The notes: generated by a model from the sequence alone, not told the origin. DNA of 63,573 nt, filler included, from Actinomycetota bacterium (GCA_025963875.1; 5 parts of 5 records of this genome joined end to end with filler, not necessarily neighbours in it), one strand, 5' to 3'. Shown: positions 31,255 through 41,324, counted from the first letter of the whole stretch. Translations and numbers: made by a program.

Positions 31255-31512
31255 GTGGACCGCAGCGGGCACGACTTCGGAGCCGACAGCCAGGGCCGGG
31301 AACTGTCCAGGTCTGCCATCGCCGTTCTCGCCGCGGCTCTCCGCAAGGACCAGGACGCCCTTCGTGCGTCGCTGCAGCTCGTCCCCGCCGAGTCGATGGC
31401 GACGACCCTCGCCGTCGTGTCGGCGGCGCTGCTGACCGAGGTCTACGGCTCGGTTGACCTGGCGCTCGGCGCGGTGAGCGCGCTGGGCCTGCGGATGGGC
31501 GGCGAACGGTAA
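31255..31512 (+). CDS. Small hypothetical protein
   Basis: Fills the gap between the Nudix and hydantoinase genes; GC-rich third codon positions. Confidence 0.55.
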   Translation: MDRSGHDFGADSQGRELSRSAIAVLAAALRKDQDALRASLQLVPAESMATTLAVVSAALLTEVYGSVDLALGAVSALGLRMGGER

Positions 31513-33503
31513 CCAGGGTCGGCATTGACGTCGGTGGCACGTTCACCGATGTCGTCGTTGCCATGGCGGACGGCTTCGTCGTCTGCAAGGTGCCCACCAC
31601 CCCGGACGACCAGAGCGAGGGCTTCGACCTCGGCCTGCGGGAGGCCCTGGAGCGGTCAGGAGACCCGGCTCCCTCGTTGATCGCCCACGGCACGACCGTC
31701 GCCACGAATGCCGTGCTCGAGCGCCGTGGGGCCTTGACGGCCCTCGTCACCACCGAGGGGTTCGCCGACCTGCTCGTCATCGGCCGCCAGAACCGGCCGT
31801 CCCTGTACGACCTGTGGGCGGACCGCCCCGAACCCCTGGTCCCCCGGGCGCTCGCCGCCGGGGTGGGGGAGCGGGTGGGACCCTCGGGCGAAGTCCTCAC
31901 GCCCCTCGACGAGGGCGGCGCCCGGGACGTCGTGGCCGCGCTGCTCGATGCGGGGGCCGAGTCGCTCGCGGTGTGCCTGCTGTTCTCCTTCGCCAACCCC
32001 GCGCACGAGCGCAGGATCGCCGCTCTCGCCCGGGACCTCTCGCCGACGGTCCGCGTGTCGTTGTCGTGCGACGTCTCGCCCGAGTTCCGGGAGTACGAGC
32101 GGGCGTCGACCGTCGCCCTCGACGCCTACGTCGGCCCGGTGGTCGAGCGCTACCTCGACCGCATCCGCACCCGCAGCGCCTCCCTCGGCGCCGGCGTCGT
32201 CGTCATGCGCTCGGGCGGCGCCACGATGACGCTGGAGGAGGCGGTGCGCGAGCCCGTCCACACGCTGCTGTCGGGGCCGGCGGCGGGCGTTCGGGGTGCC
32301 GTCCTGGTGGCCGGGGCGGCGGGCATGGACGACCTCGTCACCTTCGACATGGGCGGCACATCCACCGACGTGTGCCTCGTCGAGGGGGGCGAACCGGCCC
32401 TGGCCGCCGAGTCCTCGATCGGCGGCCTGCCGTTCCGCACCCCGGCCGTCGCAGTGCACACCGTCGGCGCCGGCGGTGGCAGCCTGCTGTGGATCGACCC
32501 GGCGGGCGCGCTGCGCGCCGGGCCGGCGAGCGCCGGCGCGGTGCCGGGCCCGGCGTCCTACGGGCGGGGCGGGACCGAGCCCACCGTCACCGACGCCCAC
32601 GTGGTGCTCGGCCACCTCCAGCCCGACGGACTCCTCGCGGGGCGGCTCCCCCTCGACACGTACGCCGCCCGGAAGGCGTTCGACCCGCTGGCCTCCGCCC
32701 TCGGCGCCGGCGTGGAGGAGGTGGCGGCGGCGGGCATCGCCGCGGTGGAGGCGCAGATGGCGAAGGCCATCCGCGTGGTCACGGTGGAGCGGGGTCGCGA
32801 CCCCCGCGACCTCACGCTGGTCGCCTTCGGGGGGGCGGGCCCCATGCACGCGACCGCCATTGCCGCCGGCCTGGAGGTCTCGACGGTCCTGGTCCCGCTG
32901 CCGGCGGGCGTGCTCTCGGCCCTCGGCCTGCTGACGGCCCCCCAGGCCACCGACGTCGCCCTGACCCGCCCGATGCGCGACCCCGACCCCGCGGACGTGG
33001 CGGCGCTGCTTGCCGGTCTCTCGGATCGGGCCTCGGAACTCCTCGCCCGCCAGGGGGCCGAGCGCGCATCGGTCCAGTACCGGATCGACTGCCGCTACGC
33101 CGGGCAGGCGCACGAGGTGCCGGTTGCCGTGGCGGCGGCCCCGGACCTCTCCCGGGTCGCCACGGACTTCGCCGCCGCCCACCGCGCCCGCTACGGCTGG
33201 GACGCCGAGGGGGAGCCCGTCGAGCTGGTGACGTTCCGGGTCCGGGCCGCCGGGCCGGAGCCGCGCCTCCGCCTCCCCGACGTGCTGCCGGGCGGAGGTG
33301 CCCGGCCCCTTCCCGGAACCGCGGGGTACCTTCGTGCCGACCTGGGGGCGGGGGACCGCTTCGCCGGGCCCTGCCTCGTCTGGGGCGACGACGCCACGGT
33401 CGTGGTCGACGAAGGATGGGACGCCGAGGTCGACCGCCACGGCAGCCTCATCCTGCGGGCCCGAGGGGGCACGACGCCCCCGGATACGGGAGTGGCCACC
33501 TGA
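31509..33503 (+). CDS. Hydantoinase/oxoprolinase subunit A
   Basis: RVGIDVGGTFTD (upstream of the first ATG at 31563), HGTTVATNA, LSGPAAGV, FDMGGTSTDV, GAGGGS, PTVTDA. Confidence 0.92.
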   Translation, partial: VTRVGIDVGGTFTDVVVAMADGFVVCKVPTTPDDQSEGFDLGLREALERSGDPAPSLIAHGTTVATNAVLERRGALTALVTTEGFADLLVIGRQNRPSLYDLWADRPEPLVPRALAAGVGERVGPSGEVLTPLDEGGARDVVAALLDAGAESLAVCLLFSFANPAHERRIAALARDLSPTVRVSLSCDVSPEFREYERASTVALDAYVGPVVERYLDRIRTRSASLGAGVVVMRSGGATMTLEEAVREPVHTLLSGPAAGVRGAVLVAGAAGMDDLVTFDMGGTSTDVCLVEGGEPALAAESSIGGLPFRTPAVAVHTVGAGGGSLLWIDPAGALRAGPASAGAVPGPASYGRGGTEPTVTDAHVVLGHLQPDGLLAGRLPLDTYAARKAFDPLASALGAGVEEVAAAGIAAVEAQMAKAIRVVTVERGRDPRDLTLVAFGGAGPMHATAIAAGLEVSTVLVPLPAGVLSALGLLTAPQATDVALTRPMRDPDPADVAALLAGLSDRASELLARQGAERASVQYRIDCRYAGQAHEVPVAVAAAPDLSRVATDFAAAHRARYGWDAEGEPVELVTFRVRAAGPEPRLRLPDVLPGGGARPLPGTAGYLRADLGAGDRFAGPCLVWGDDATVVVDEGWDAEVDRHGSLILRARGGTTPPDTGVAT

Positions 33504-33753
33504 TGGACCCGCTCACGCTGGAGGTCGTCCGCCATTCCCTGGCGGGGATCGCCGAGGAGATGGGGGCGGCGCTTCGGCGGACCGCCCGCTCGCCCAACAT
33601 CACCGAGCGGGAGGACTGCTCCTGCGCCCTCATGACGCCGGCCGGCGAGATGTGCGGCCAGGCCGAGCACATCCCCGTCCACCTCGGCGCGATGCCGGCC
33701 AGCGTGGCCGCGGCGCTGGAGGAGTTCCCCTTCATGGAGGAGGGCCACGCCGT
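33503..33753 (+). CDS. Hydantoinase B/oxoprolinase subunit, truncated by contig end
   Basis: MDPLTLEVV...IAEEMG...RTARSPNITEREDCSCAL...HIPVHLGAM. Confidence 0.9.
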
Positions 33754-33853
33754 NNNNNNNNNNNNNNNNNNNNNNNNNNNNNNNNNNNNNNNNNNNNTTA
33801 ATTAATTAANNNNNNNNNNNNNNNNNNNNNNNNNNNNNNNNNNNNNNNNNNNN
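33754..33853. other. Artificial contig spacer
   Basis: N-run with TTAATTAATTAA. Confidence 0.99.
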
Positions 33854-34232
33854 CGAGATACGTTGCTCCGAGCGCCTGGTGGCCCTGGTCCATGTAGCCG
33901 GCCATGTTGTGCCAGATGGTCCCGGCATTCGCCATCTCCTGGGAGTGCTGACGGGCGACCGACTGCGCCCACGACTGGTCTTGTAGCGGCCCGACACCCG
34001 CCGCCGCCCGCTTGGCGTTCACCCGGGCGAGCATCTCGGCTTCGAGATCGTCGATAGAGGGCTGAGGGGCGGACGCCGGCGCCACGCTGGGAGCGGTGGG
34101 GTCGGGAGGTACCTGTTCCTGCGCCGCGATGAGGTGCGCGGCCAGGGGGTGGGAGGCAAGGGTTCCCGCCTCCAGCACCATGGAGGAGAGGATGAGCAGG
34201 AGGATCGGGCCCGGGGCCCGGAGCCTTCCCAC
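33854..34232 (-). CDS. Secreted CAP/SCP-domain protein, 3' truncated
   Basis: Signal peptide, VNAKRAAAGVGPL, VARQHSQEMA...WHN; AGGAGG RBS. Confidence 0.8.
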
Positions 34233-34774
34233 GTGTCCTCCTTTGCCGGAGCGAGCCCGCGTGATGACACGCGGAATAAGGCAGCGGCTAGACGTCCACC
34301 ACCCCGCCGGGCAACGCTTGCGGGGGGTTGTGATGTGGGACGCTACGTCCGGTAAGTTGCAGCAGTGTCACGCGAGTTATACCGAAACGTGAACGCTGTA
34401 TGAATAAATTGAGTCGATGGCCAAACCAGCTCGCGCATGTCAGACAATTCAGGGCTTAAAGGCAGATCGAATTGCTGACCTTGCGGAGAACTGCCGGTTT
34501 CCCTGCCTCTAGGAGGCAAGGTCCCCCAGAGCCCGAGACCTTCAATCAGAACGAACGCTTTGTTGGAAGAAACGCTTTGGGCTCGTCCGAACTCAAAGCA
34601 CATGGGACCCCACGTAGAGGGCGGAGCTAGACGTTGGATTGACTTCGCACAATTTCTCCGTAATTTGTTCCGGATTTACCGTGTTGTCCGATCGTACGAG
34701 CCCCTGAGCCAGGGGTGACCCGCGGCTGTGGCACCGCTCACGTCTGCAAACGGCGCCTGACTTTGCCTCTCGTC

Positions 34775-34803
34775 TAGACCCGGCCCGGACAAGCTGATAC
34801 GTT
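34775..34803 (+). promoter_or_regulatory. Sigma70-type promoter, copy 1 of a duplicated leader
   Basis: TAGACC-N17-TACGTT with extended TG; same architecture at 38885-38913. Confidence 0.6.
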
Positions 34804-34846
34804 GCCTGCTATTCGAGAACCCTTTTGCGAGGTCCGGGGGGATCTC

Positions 34847-37042
34847 ATGTGTAAGCGTCGCTCCGTCCTCGCTCGCTTCCGCCTTTACGTGGGCGGACCG
34901 GTACTCCTTGTGGCTGCGGTGGCCATCGTCCTCATCGCCGGTCCCGCCGGGGCCCAGGGGGGCTCGGTGAGCGGCAGCGCCTTCGGGATCGCCAGTCCTT
35001 CTGCCACATCGGGCCCGCTGTCTGCGCCGGTGCCGGGAGGAGTGTCCGGCACGGCGAGCGACCCCGCAGCAGGCTTCGGCCCCATCGTGGCTTCCGCCCA
35101 CCTGATCGGGCTGCCGGGGGTCCTGACCATCGACGGCGTCGAGGCGACCACGTCGGGCGTCATCTCTCCCGGAACCCACGACCGGTCTGCCACCGCTGCG
35201 GCGTCCGTGGAGGGCCTGTCGGTGGCCGGCGGGCTCGTGACGGCGGGCCACCTCTCCAGCACGTGCACGTCGAGCGCCGACGGCTCTTCCGGATCGGCCC
35301 TCGTGGAGGGACTCGTGATCGGCGGCATCGCCATCCCGGCCTCGTCCCCCGCCAATACCGTGATCGCCATCCCGAGCGTGCTGCGGGCGGTCGTGAACGA
35401 GCAGACCGTCGACGACGCGCCCGGGAGCACCGGCATCGTGGTCCGGGCAATCGACCTGCAGGTCCTGCCGGACAACCATGGCCGTGCGGCCCTCGAGGTG
35501 GTCCTCGCCGAATCCCGGTGCGGAACCACGGGCTCTCCCGGTGAGGGTGTCCCCCCCGGGTCGCCGGCCAATGGGGTGCACGTCCTGCCTCTCCATCTGA
35601 CGAGGTCCTTGCCGCCCACGCCCGGCGGAGGCTTGGGTTCTCCCCTTCCGGGCGCCGTCACGCCGGCAGGGCCCCCGTCAGAGCCCCCGGGCGTTGCGGC
35701 GCGGGGGCCCTCGACGGCCTCGCCCGTCCAGCCGCAGCAGGGAACTCCAGGGTCCCCCGCCAACGCTGGTGCGCCCATCGTCAGCCCGCAGACCGGCCCC
35801 CCGGGAGCCGAGATCAGGGTGGTCGCCTTGGGGTACGGCTCCTGCGGGGAGGTGGTGGTGTCCTTCAACGGCATCCGAATCGGAGCCGCGCGACCCGACG
35901 CGGCCGGCCGCGTCGACCTGGCCGGCCTGACCATTCCCGGCGACGCCGCTCCCGGCGCCCACCGCGTCGGCACCTCCTGCCTGTCGTCCCAGCTCGGCGG
36001 CACACGGTTGGCAGACTTCGAGGTCACGCACGCCTCGGTGCACCGCAGCGCCTTCGCCACCTCGGTCCCGGAGGCCCGCCAGGTCTCGACCCGGCCCCGG
36101 ACGGTGCTGAACAGCCTCCTCGTCACCGCCGGCCTGGTGCTCCTGATCGTCTTCCCGGCAGATCTCTTCAACGCCACCCTCGACGAGAACTACGACGAGG
36201 TCCGGTCCTGGTTCGGGCTCGGGCCGAGGTCCTCCAAGGCCGAGCGTCCGCTCCGCCAGGCACTGGCCCTCGCTGGATTCATCGCCTTCGGCGGCGTGCT
36301 CTACGGCTTCCTCAGCCCGGACTTCGGCCTGAACCGCTCGTCGCTCGCCCTGGTGCTCGGCCTCAGCGTCGCCCTTGCGCTCATCACGATCGTGTTCCGC
36401 CTGCCGTTCCTGCTCCATTCCAAGCAGCATCACAACGAGTGGGCCCGCCTGAAGGTCCTGCCGGGGACCGCCCTCATGGCGGTTGCGTGCGTCGGCCTGT
36501 CGCGCCTGCTCGGCTTCCAGCCCGGCTACCTCTACGGGCTCATCGCCGGCCTGGAGTTCCGCCGGGAAGCGGACGACACGACGGGGCGCCTCACCTCGCT
36601 GGCGGCGCTGACGATCCTGATCCTCGGCCTCGTCACCTGGGCGGCGCGTGCGCCGGTTGCGGCCGCCGCCGCCCGAGCCGGAGCCGGGTTCTGGGTCGTG
36701 GCAGCCGACGCGTGCCTGGCCGCGATCTTCGTGGCCGGTCTCACAACGCTGGTGTTCTCGCTCATCCCCCTGCGCTTCCTCGAAGGCACCAAGGTGACCA
36801 GATGGAGCCGCAAGGCGTGGGTTGCTCTCTTCGCCGCGGGGCTGTTCGCCTTCGTCCACATCCTGCTGCAGCAGCCCTCAAGCGGCTACGTCGGGCACAC
36901 CCAGTCAAACCAGAAGTGGGTGGTCATCGCCCTGTTCGTCGGGTTCGGCCTCTTCTCGGTCGCGTTCTGGGCATATTTCCGCTTCCGCCCGGCCAGGACC
37001 GATCTCGAGGGGACCGCGGTGGGATCAGGCCGGAGTCGCTAG
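34847..37042 (+). CDS. Large membrane protein: exported beta-rich N-domain (choice-of-anchor P-like), Pro-rich linker, FGLLP-motif membrane domain
   Basis: Signal peptide, PANTVIAIP..VVNEQ, FPADLFNATLDENYD, FQPGYLYGLIAG, FSLIPLRFLEG, many TM segments. Confidence 0.75.
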   Translation: MCKRRSVLARFRLYVGGPVLLVAAVAIVLIAGPAGAQGGSVSGSAFGIASPSATSGPLSAPVPGGVSGTASDPAAGFGPIVASAHLIGLPGVLTIDGVEATTSGVISPGTHDRSATAAASVEGLSVAGGLVTAGHLSSTCTSSADGSSGSALVEGLVIGGIAIPASSPANTVIAIPSVLRAVVNEQTVDDAPGSTGIVVRAIDLQVLPDNHGRAALEVVLAESRCGTTGSPGEGVPPGSPANGVHVLPLHLTRSLPPTPGGGLGSPLPGAVTPAGPPSEPPGVAARGPSTASPVQPQQGTPGSPANAGAPIVSPQTGPPGAEIRVVALGYGSCGEVVVSFNGIRIGAARPDAAGRVDLAGLTIPGDAAPGAHRVGTSCLSSQLGGTRLADFEVTHASVHRSAFATSVPEARQVSTRPRTVLNSLLVTAGLVLLIVFPADLFNATLDENYDEVRSWFGLGPRSSKAERPLRQALALAGFIAFGGVLYGFLSPDFGLNRSSLALVLGLSVALALITIVFRLPFLLHSKQHHNEWARLKVLPGTALMAVACVGLSRLLGFQPGYLYGLIAGLEFRREADDTTGRLTSLAALTILILGLVTWAARAPVAAAAARAGAGFWVVAADACLAAIFVAGLTTLVFSLIPLRFLEGTKVTRWSRKAWVALFAAGLFAFVHILLQQPSSGYVGHTQSNQKWVVIALFVGFGLFSVAFWAYFRFRPARTDLEGTAVGSGRSR

Positions 37043-38769
37043 AGGACGCGCAGGTTGTGGGCCGCCGTCCGCACGACGTCGTCCAGCTTCCCGTGCAGCG
37101 CCTGCTTGGCAAGGCTGAGGGCGAAACCCTCGGCCATGCCGAAGGTGACGTGCGGGGGCAGGGAGATCGCAGACGGGTCGACCACGGCGTCGAGCACGGC
37201 GGGGCCTTCGCAGGAGAGCACGTGGCGCACCGCCTCGTCCACGTCGGCTGGGTCCTCCACGCGCACCCCGGTGGCGCCCATCGCCTCGGCCACCTTCGAG
37301 AAGTCGGGGTTGCGGAACCTCGTTCCGAACGGCTCGATCCCGGCCTCCTCCATCTCGATGTTGACGAACTCGAGCCCCCCGTTGTTCAGGACGATCAGCT
37401 TCACCGGGAGCTCACGCTCCACGATCGTGAGGAGATCCCCGAGCAGCATCGTGAAGCCGCCGTCTCCGCAGAGTGCGATCACCTGCCGGCCCGGGTACGC
37501 GAGCGCAGCCCCCATGGCGTTGGGCATGGCGTTGGCCATCGACGCCCAGCTGAGGGAGCCGAAGAGGCGCCGGCCCTCCTTGGCATCCACGTACCTCGCC
37601 ATCCAGATGCAGGCCGTGCCGGTGTCGGCCGAGAATGCCGCGTCCTCGCTCGCATGCTCGTTGATCGTGGAGACCAGGTACTCGGGCCGGATCGGCTTGG
37701 TCTCGGGCCCGCGCTCGACGTAGTGCCCGATGAGCTCGCGCCACTCCCCCGTCTCCTTCAGCGCCCGGTCCAGGTGGGCGGTGTCAGTCTTTTCCCGGAC
37801 GAGGGGGAGCACCGCCGCGACCGTCTCGGCGACGTGTCCCACGAGGCCCAGGTCGACGTGGGTGCGGCGGCCGATGTGGGCGGGCCACCGGTCCACCTGG
37901 ACCTTCTTGGGCTTGTCCGGAAGGAAGTCGGTGAACGGGAAGTCTGTGCCCAGCATGAGGCACACGCCACATTCGTGCATCGCCTTGTAGGCGCCCCCCC
38001 AGCCGAGCAGCCCGGTCATGCCGGCGGCGTAGGGGTTGCCCCACTCGAGCCACTGCTTGCCCCGGAGGGAGTAGCCGACCGGGGCCTTGAGCTTCTCGGC
38101 CAGAGCGACCACCTCGTGGTGGGCGTCCCGGCAACCGTCGCCTCCGAAGATCGTCACCGTGCCTGCGGCGTCGAGCATCGAAGCGAGGGCCTCCAGGTCG
38201 GGGCCGCTGGGGCGGAGCACCGGGTCATGGTGGCTCACCGCCTGGAACGTGCCGTCGGGGGCCTCGGCGGCGGCAACGTCGCCGGGCACCGCGATCACCG
38301 TCGGCCCGTTGTCGCTCAGCGCGGTGCGGATGGCGGTCTGGACGACGGCCCGGGTCTGGGCGGGGTTCACGAGCCGACCCGTGTAGAGGGAGGCAACCTG
38401 GAACAGGAGGTGGGGGTCGACCTCCTCCAGGGCGCCGGTGTCGATCTTGCTCGTCGGTGTGTCGCCGGCGATGGCGATCACCGGGGCCCCCTCCTTGCGG
38501 GCATCCATCAGCCCGTTGATGAGGTGGGTCGCCCCCGGGCCCGCCGTGCCACAGACGGCGACCGGAGATCGCGTGAGGCTCGCGTCGGCGACCGCCGCGA
38601 ACACGCCCGCCTCCTCGTGGCGCACATGGACGAAGTCGACCTGCCCGTTGCGGCGCAGGGCATCGATCACGGGGTTGAGCGCATCCCCGACGATCCCGTA
38701 GCAGCGCCGCACGCCGGCTCCGGCGAGCATCTCCCACATCGCGTCAGCAACAGTCTTGTGTCTGGCCAT
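37039..38769 (-). CDS. poxB: Pyruvate:quinone oxidoreductase / pyruvate oxidase (ThDP-dependent)
   Basis: GIVGDALNP, VRHEEAG, GPGATHLINGL, SMANAMP, GDGGFTML...NN. Confidence 0.92.
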   Translation of the reverse strand: MARHKTVADAMWEMLAGAGVRRCYGIVGDALNPVIDALRRNGQVDFVHVRHEEAGVFAAVADASLTRSPVAVCGTAGPGATHLINGLMDARKEGAPVIAIAGDTPTSKIDTGALEEVDPHLLFQVASLYTGRLVNPAQTRAVVQTAIRTALSDNGPTVIAVPGDVAAAEAPDGTFQAVSHHDPVLRPSGPDLEALASMLDAAGTVTIFGGDGCRDAHHEVVALAEKLKAPVGYSLRGKQWLEWGNPYAAGMTGLLGWGGAYKAMHECGVCLMLGTDFPFTDFLPDKPKKVQVDRWPAHIGRRTHVDLGLVGHVAETVAAVLPLVREKTDTAHLDRALKETGEWRELIGHYVERGPETKPIRPEYLVSTINEHASEDAAFSADTGTACIWMARYVDAKEGRRLFGSLSWASMANAMPNAMGAALAYPGRQVIALCGDGGFTMLLGDLLTIVERELPVKLIVLNNGGLEFVNIEMEEAGIEPFGTRFRNPDFSKVAEAMGATGVRVEDPADVDEAVRHVLSCEGPAVLDAVVDPSAISLPPHVTFGMAEGFALSLAKQALHGKLDDVVRTAAHNLRVL

Positions 38770-38884
38770 TCGTGAGTTCCTCCGTCCGGGTGCCGAGGGG
38801 TGACCGGGCCGCGTGCCCGGGGCTGGCACTCCTTGGCCGATCTTCGCGCCCGGGGGCTCCAGGGGGAATTTGCCAAATCCCATC

Positions 38885-38913
38885 TCGACCTGGCCGCGCC
38901 AACCTGATACGTT
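38885..38913 (+). promoter_or_regulatory. Sigma70-type promoter, copy 2 of a duplicated leader
   Basis: TCGACC-N17-TACGTT with extended TG. Confidence 0.6.
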
Positions 38914-39016
38914 CGCTGATGTTCGGTAGCGTTTTTCGGGAGGTCCGGGGGATCTCATGCGTGCGCTTCGCTGTGACCTCGCGCGGCTCAACGAACAGAC
39001 GAGGAGGTGAGCTGCA

Positions 39017-40522
39017 TTGGAGCAACTCGAAGCGGTGAACGAGGAACCAGCTGAGGTTTCCACCGAGGAACCTCCGCTGATCGCCGAGCCGGTGCCGGCC
39101 GAAGTCCTGAAGACGCCGATGGAGGGCCTCGAGTCGATCCCGCAGGTCCCGAAGCGGGTGATCATCGTCGGCGGCGGGGTGGCCGGGCTGGTGGCGGCGT
39201 TCGAGCTGCTGCGCCAAGGCCACGAACCCCTCATCCTGGAGGCGCAGAGGCGCGTGGGGGGCCGGATCTACACGCTGCGCGACTTCGCGCCCGGCCTGTA
39301 CGCCGAGGCGGGGGCGATGCGCATCCCCCGGGTGCACGACCTGACGCTGGAGTACTGCCGGCTCTTCGGCCTGGAGCTGCGCCCGTTCGTCATGGGCAAC
39401 CCCAAGAGCCTCGTCTACCTCGAGGGCCAGCGCCTGACCATGGGCGAGGCCGATGCCGAGCCGGGGCGCCTCCCCTTCGACCTTGCCGAGCACGAGCTGG
39501 GTCGCACCTACACCGAGATGTGGGACGAGGCCACGAGGGAGGTGCGCGAGCTGTACGACCGCGTCGGGGAGGCGGCGCTGAGCCAGGTCATCGCCGACTA
39601 CGACCGCTATTCGATCCGGGAGTTCCTGCTGATGCGGGGCTTCTCCGAGGGGGCGATCGAGCTCTACGGCGTCATGAGCTTCCGTGAGGCGAACCTGAAC
39701 GCCGCGGTCATCGAGCAGCTCCGGGAGATCATCGGCCAGGCCTTCTACGACATGCAGGAGGTCGTCGGGGGCATGGACCGGCTGACCGACGCCTTCTACC
39801 AGCCGCTCAAGGCCTACATCCGCTTCGGCGCCCGGGCGGTGGCCTTCGAGCAGGGGGAGGACTCGGTGACCGTCCACTACACCACGAAGTCCGGGACGTT
39901 CTCCGAGACCGGCGACTACGCGGTGTGCACCCTGCCCTTCTCCGTGCTCGGCGACCTCGATGCCACCCCGGAGTGGTCGCACGGCAAACGCAAGGCGATC
40001 CGCGAGCTCAACTACAACGCCTCGACGAAGATCCTGTTCCAGACAAGGACGCGCTTCTGGGAGAGGGAGGACGGCATCGTCGGAGGGACGACGGCCACCG
40101 ACATGCCCATCCGGCGGATGGTGTACCCCTCCCACTCCAACCCCGACGACGCCCGCGGCACGCTGCTGGCCAGCTACACCTGGGGCCAGGACGCGCTGCG
40201 CTGGGAGGCCATGGACCCGGAGACCCGCATCGAGGAGGCGCTCCAGCAGGTGGCGAAGATCCACCCCGAGGTGCTTGACGAGTTCGAGATCGGCACGAGC
40301 CACGCCTGGTACGAGGACCACTACGCCCGGGGAGCCTTCGCACTCTTCGAGCCGGGCCAGGAGTCCCTCCTGCAGGCGGACATCCAGCGTCCGGAGGGCC
40401 GGGTCTACTTCGCCGGCGAGCACTGCTCGCTGTGGCACGCCTGGATCCAGGGGGCACTAGAGTCCGGCATCCGTGCCGCCCGCCAGATCCACGAGGCACC
40501 CGTGCCCGTGGCCGCCCGCTGA
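39017..40522 (+). CDS. Flavin monoamine oxidase / L-amino acid oxidase family
   Basis: GGGVAGL, EAQRRVGGR, EAGAMRIP, GGMDRL, YFAGEHCS, WIQGALESG; GAGGAGG RBS. Confidence 0.93.
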   Translation: MEQLEAVNEEPAEVSTEEPPLIAEPVPAEVLKTPMEGLESIPQVPKRVIIVGGGVAGLVAAFELLRQGHEPLILEAQRRVGGRIYTLRDFAPGLYAEAGAMRIPRVHDLTLEYCRLFGLELRPFVMGNPKSLVYLEGQRLTMGEADAEPGRLPFDLAEHELGRTYTEMWDEATREVRELYDRVGEAALSQVIADYDRYSIREFLLMRGFSEGAIELYGVMSFREANLNAAVIEQLREIIGQAFYDMQEVVGGMDRLTDAFYQPLKAYIRFGARAVAFEQGEDSVTVHYTTKSGTFSETGDYAVCTLPFSVLGDLDATPEWSHGKRKAIRELNYNASTKILFQTRTRFWEREDGIVGGTTATDMPIRRMVYPSHSNPDDARGTLLASYTWGQDALRWEAMDPETRIEEALQQVAKIHPEVLDEFEIGTSHAWYEDHYARGAFALFEPGQESLLQADIQRPEGRVYFAGEHCSLWHAWIQGALESGIRAARQIHEAPVPVAAR

Positions 40523-40556
40523 CCGTGCCGGAGGAGAAGTTGGGAGCCTAGCGCGC

Positions 40557-41210
40557 CTATGCGAGCGATTCACTCCCAACTTCGGACAAGCTAGGGCGCG
40601 TCGGGGCCTGCCACGCGTGCAGTGCTGCCATCGCACCCTCCAGCGCCGCTTCGAGTGGCTCGATCGACTGCATCGTCTGCGTCAGAAGCAGGCCGCCGTG
40701 GAGCGCGGCGAAGATCGACAACGCGAGCGTCTCGGGGACAGCGTCGGCACGTAGTAATCCGGCGGCCTGCATACGGGTCACACCCGCCTGCAGGTATCCG
40801 CGCCAGCGATCCATGTACGCCGCCACCTCGTCCGAGACGGCCGGGTCGCTGGCGATGAGTTCGCTCGCCAAGGCGCCGATCGGGCACCCCCAGTGCGCCT
40901 GCGAGCCATAGTGGGCGACCACGGCTTTGCGCCACCCCTCCCACGCCTCCCACGTGTCGAGCGTGTCGAGGAACGGCCGCTGGGCCTCCAGCACCCGCTC
41001 GCTCTGGAATGATGCGATGGCGGCGACAAGGTCGGTCTTGCCACCGGGGAAGTAATGGAACAGCTGGCTCTTGCTGGTCGCTGTCCCCGCGCGGATGTCG
41101 TCCAGGCTCGTACCGCCAACCCCGTGGGCAAGGATGTGATCGGCGGCGGCCTCGACGATGCGGGCGCGTGTGGCCGCACCTTTCGGGGTGAGCTTCGTGG
41201 TCGAGGACAC
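40557..41210 (-). CDS. TetR-family regulator
   Basis: TRARIVEAAA...TSLDDI...SKSQLFHYFPGGK, GCPIG. Confidence 0.92.
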   Translation of the reverse strand: MSSTTKLTPKGAATRARIVEAAADHILAHGVGGTSLDDIRAGTATSKSQLFHYFPGGKTDLVAAIASFQSERVLEAQRPFLDTLDTWEAWEGWRKAVVAHYGSQAHWGCPIGALASELIASDPAVSDEVAAYMDRWRGYLQAGVTRMQAAGLLRADAVPETLALSIFAALHGGLLLTQTMQSIEPLEAALEGAMAALHAWQAPTRPSLSEVGSESLA

Positions 41211-41228
41211 CTGCGTAGGATAACTTTC

Positions 41229-41277
41229 TGGACCATATAGTCCACAGATGTGCTAGTTTCGTGGACCGCGTGGTCCA
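41229..41277. promoter_or_regulatory. Two TetR-type palindromic operators
   Basis: TGGAC-N6-GTCCA at 41229-41244 and 41262-41277, between the divergent tetR and SDR genes. Confidence 0.75.
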
Positions 41278-41324
41278 TAAAAAGTTGGCCACGAGCACAC
41301 CGACTCCGAAGGGAGACACAGACG

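Noticed and set aside
34240..34700. Hairpin-rich long intergenic region, considered as a c-di-AMP, c-di-GMP or cobalamin riboswitch
   Set aside because: Conserved cores of those families were not found by eye; an Rfam/Infernal scan would be needed.
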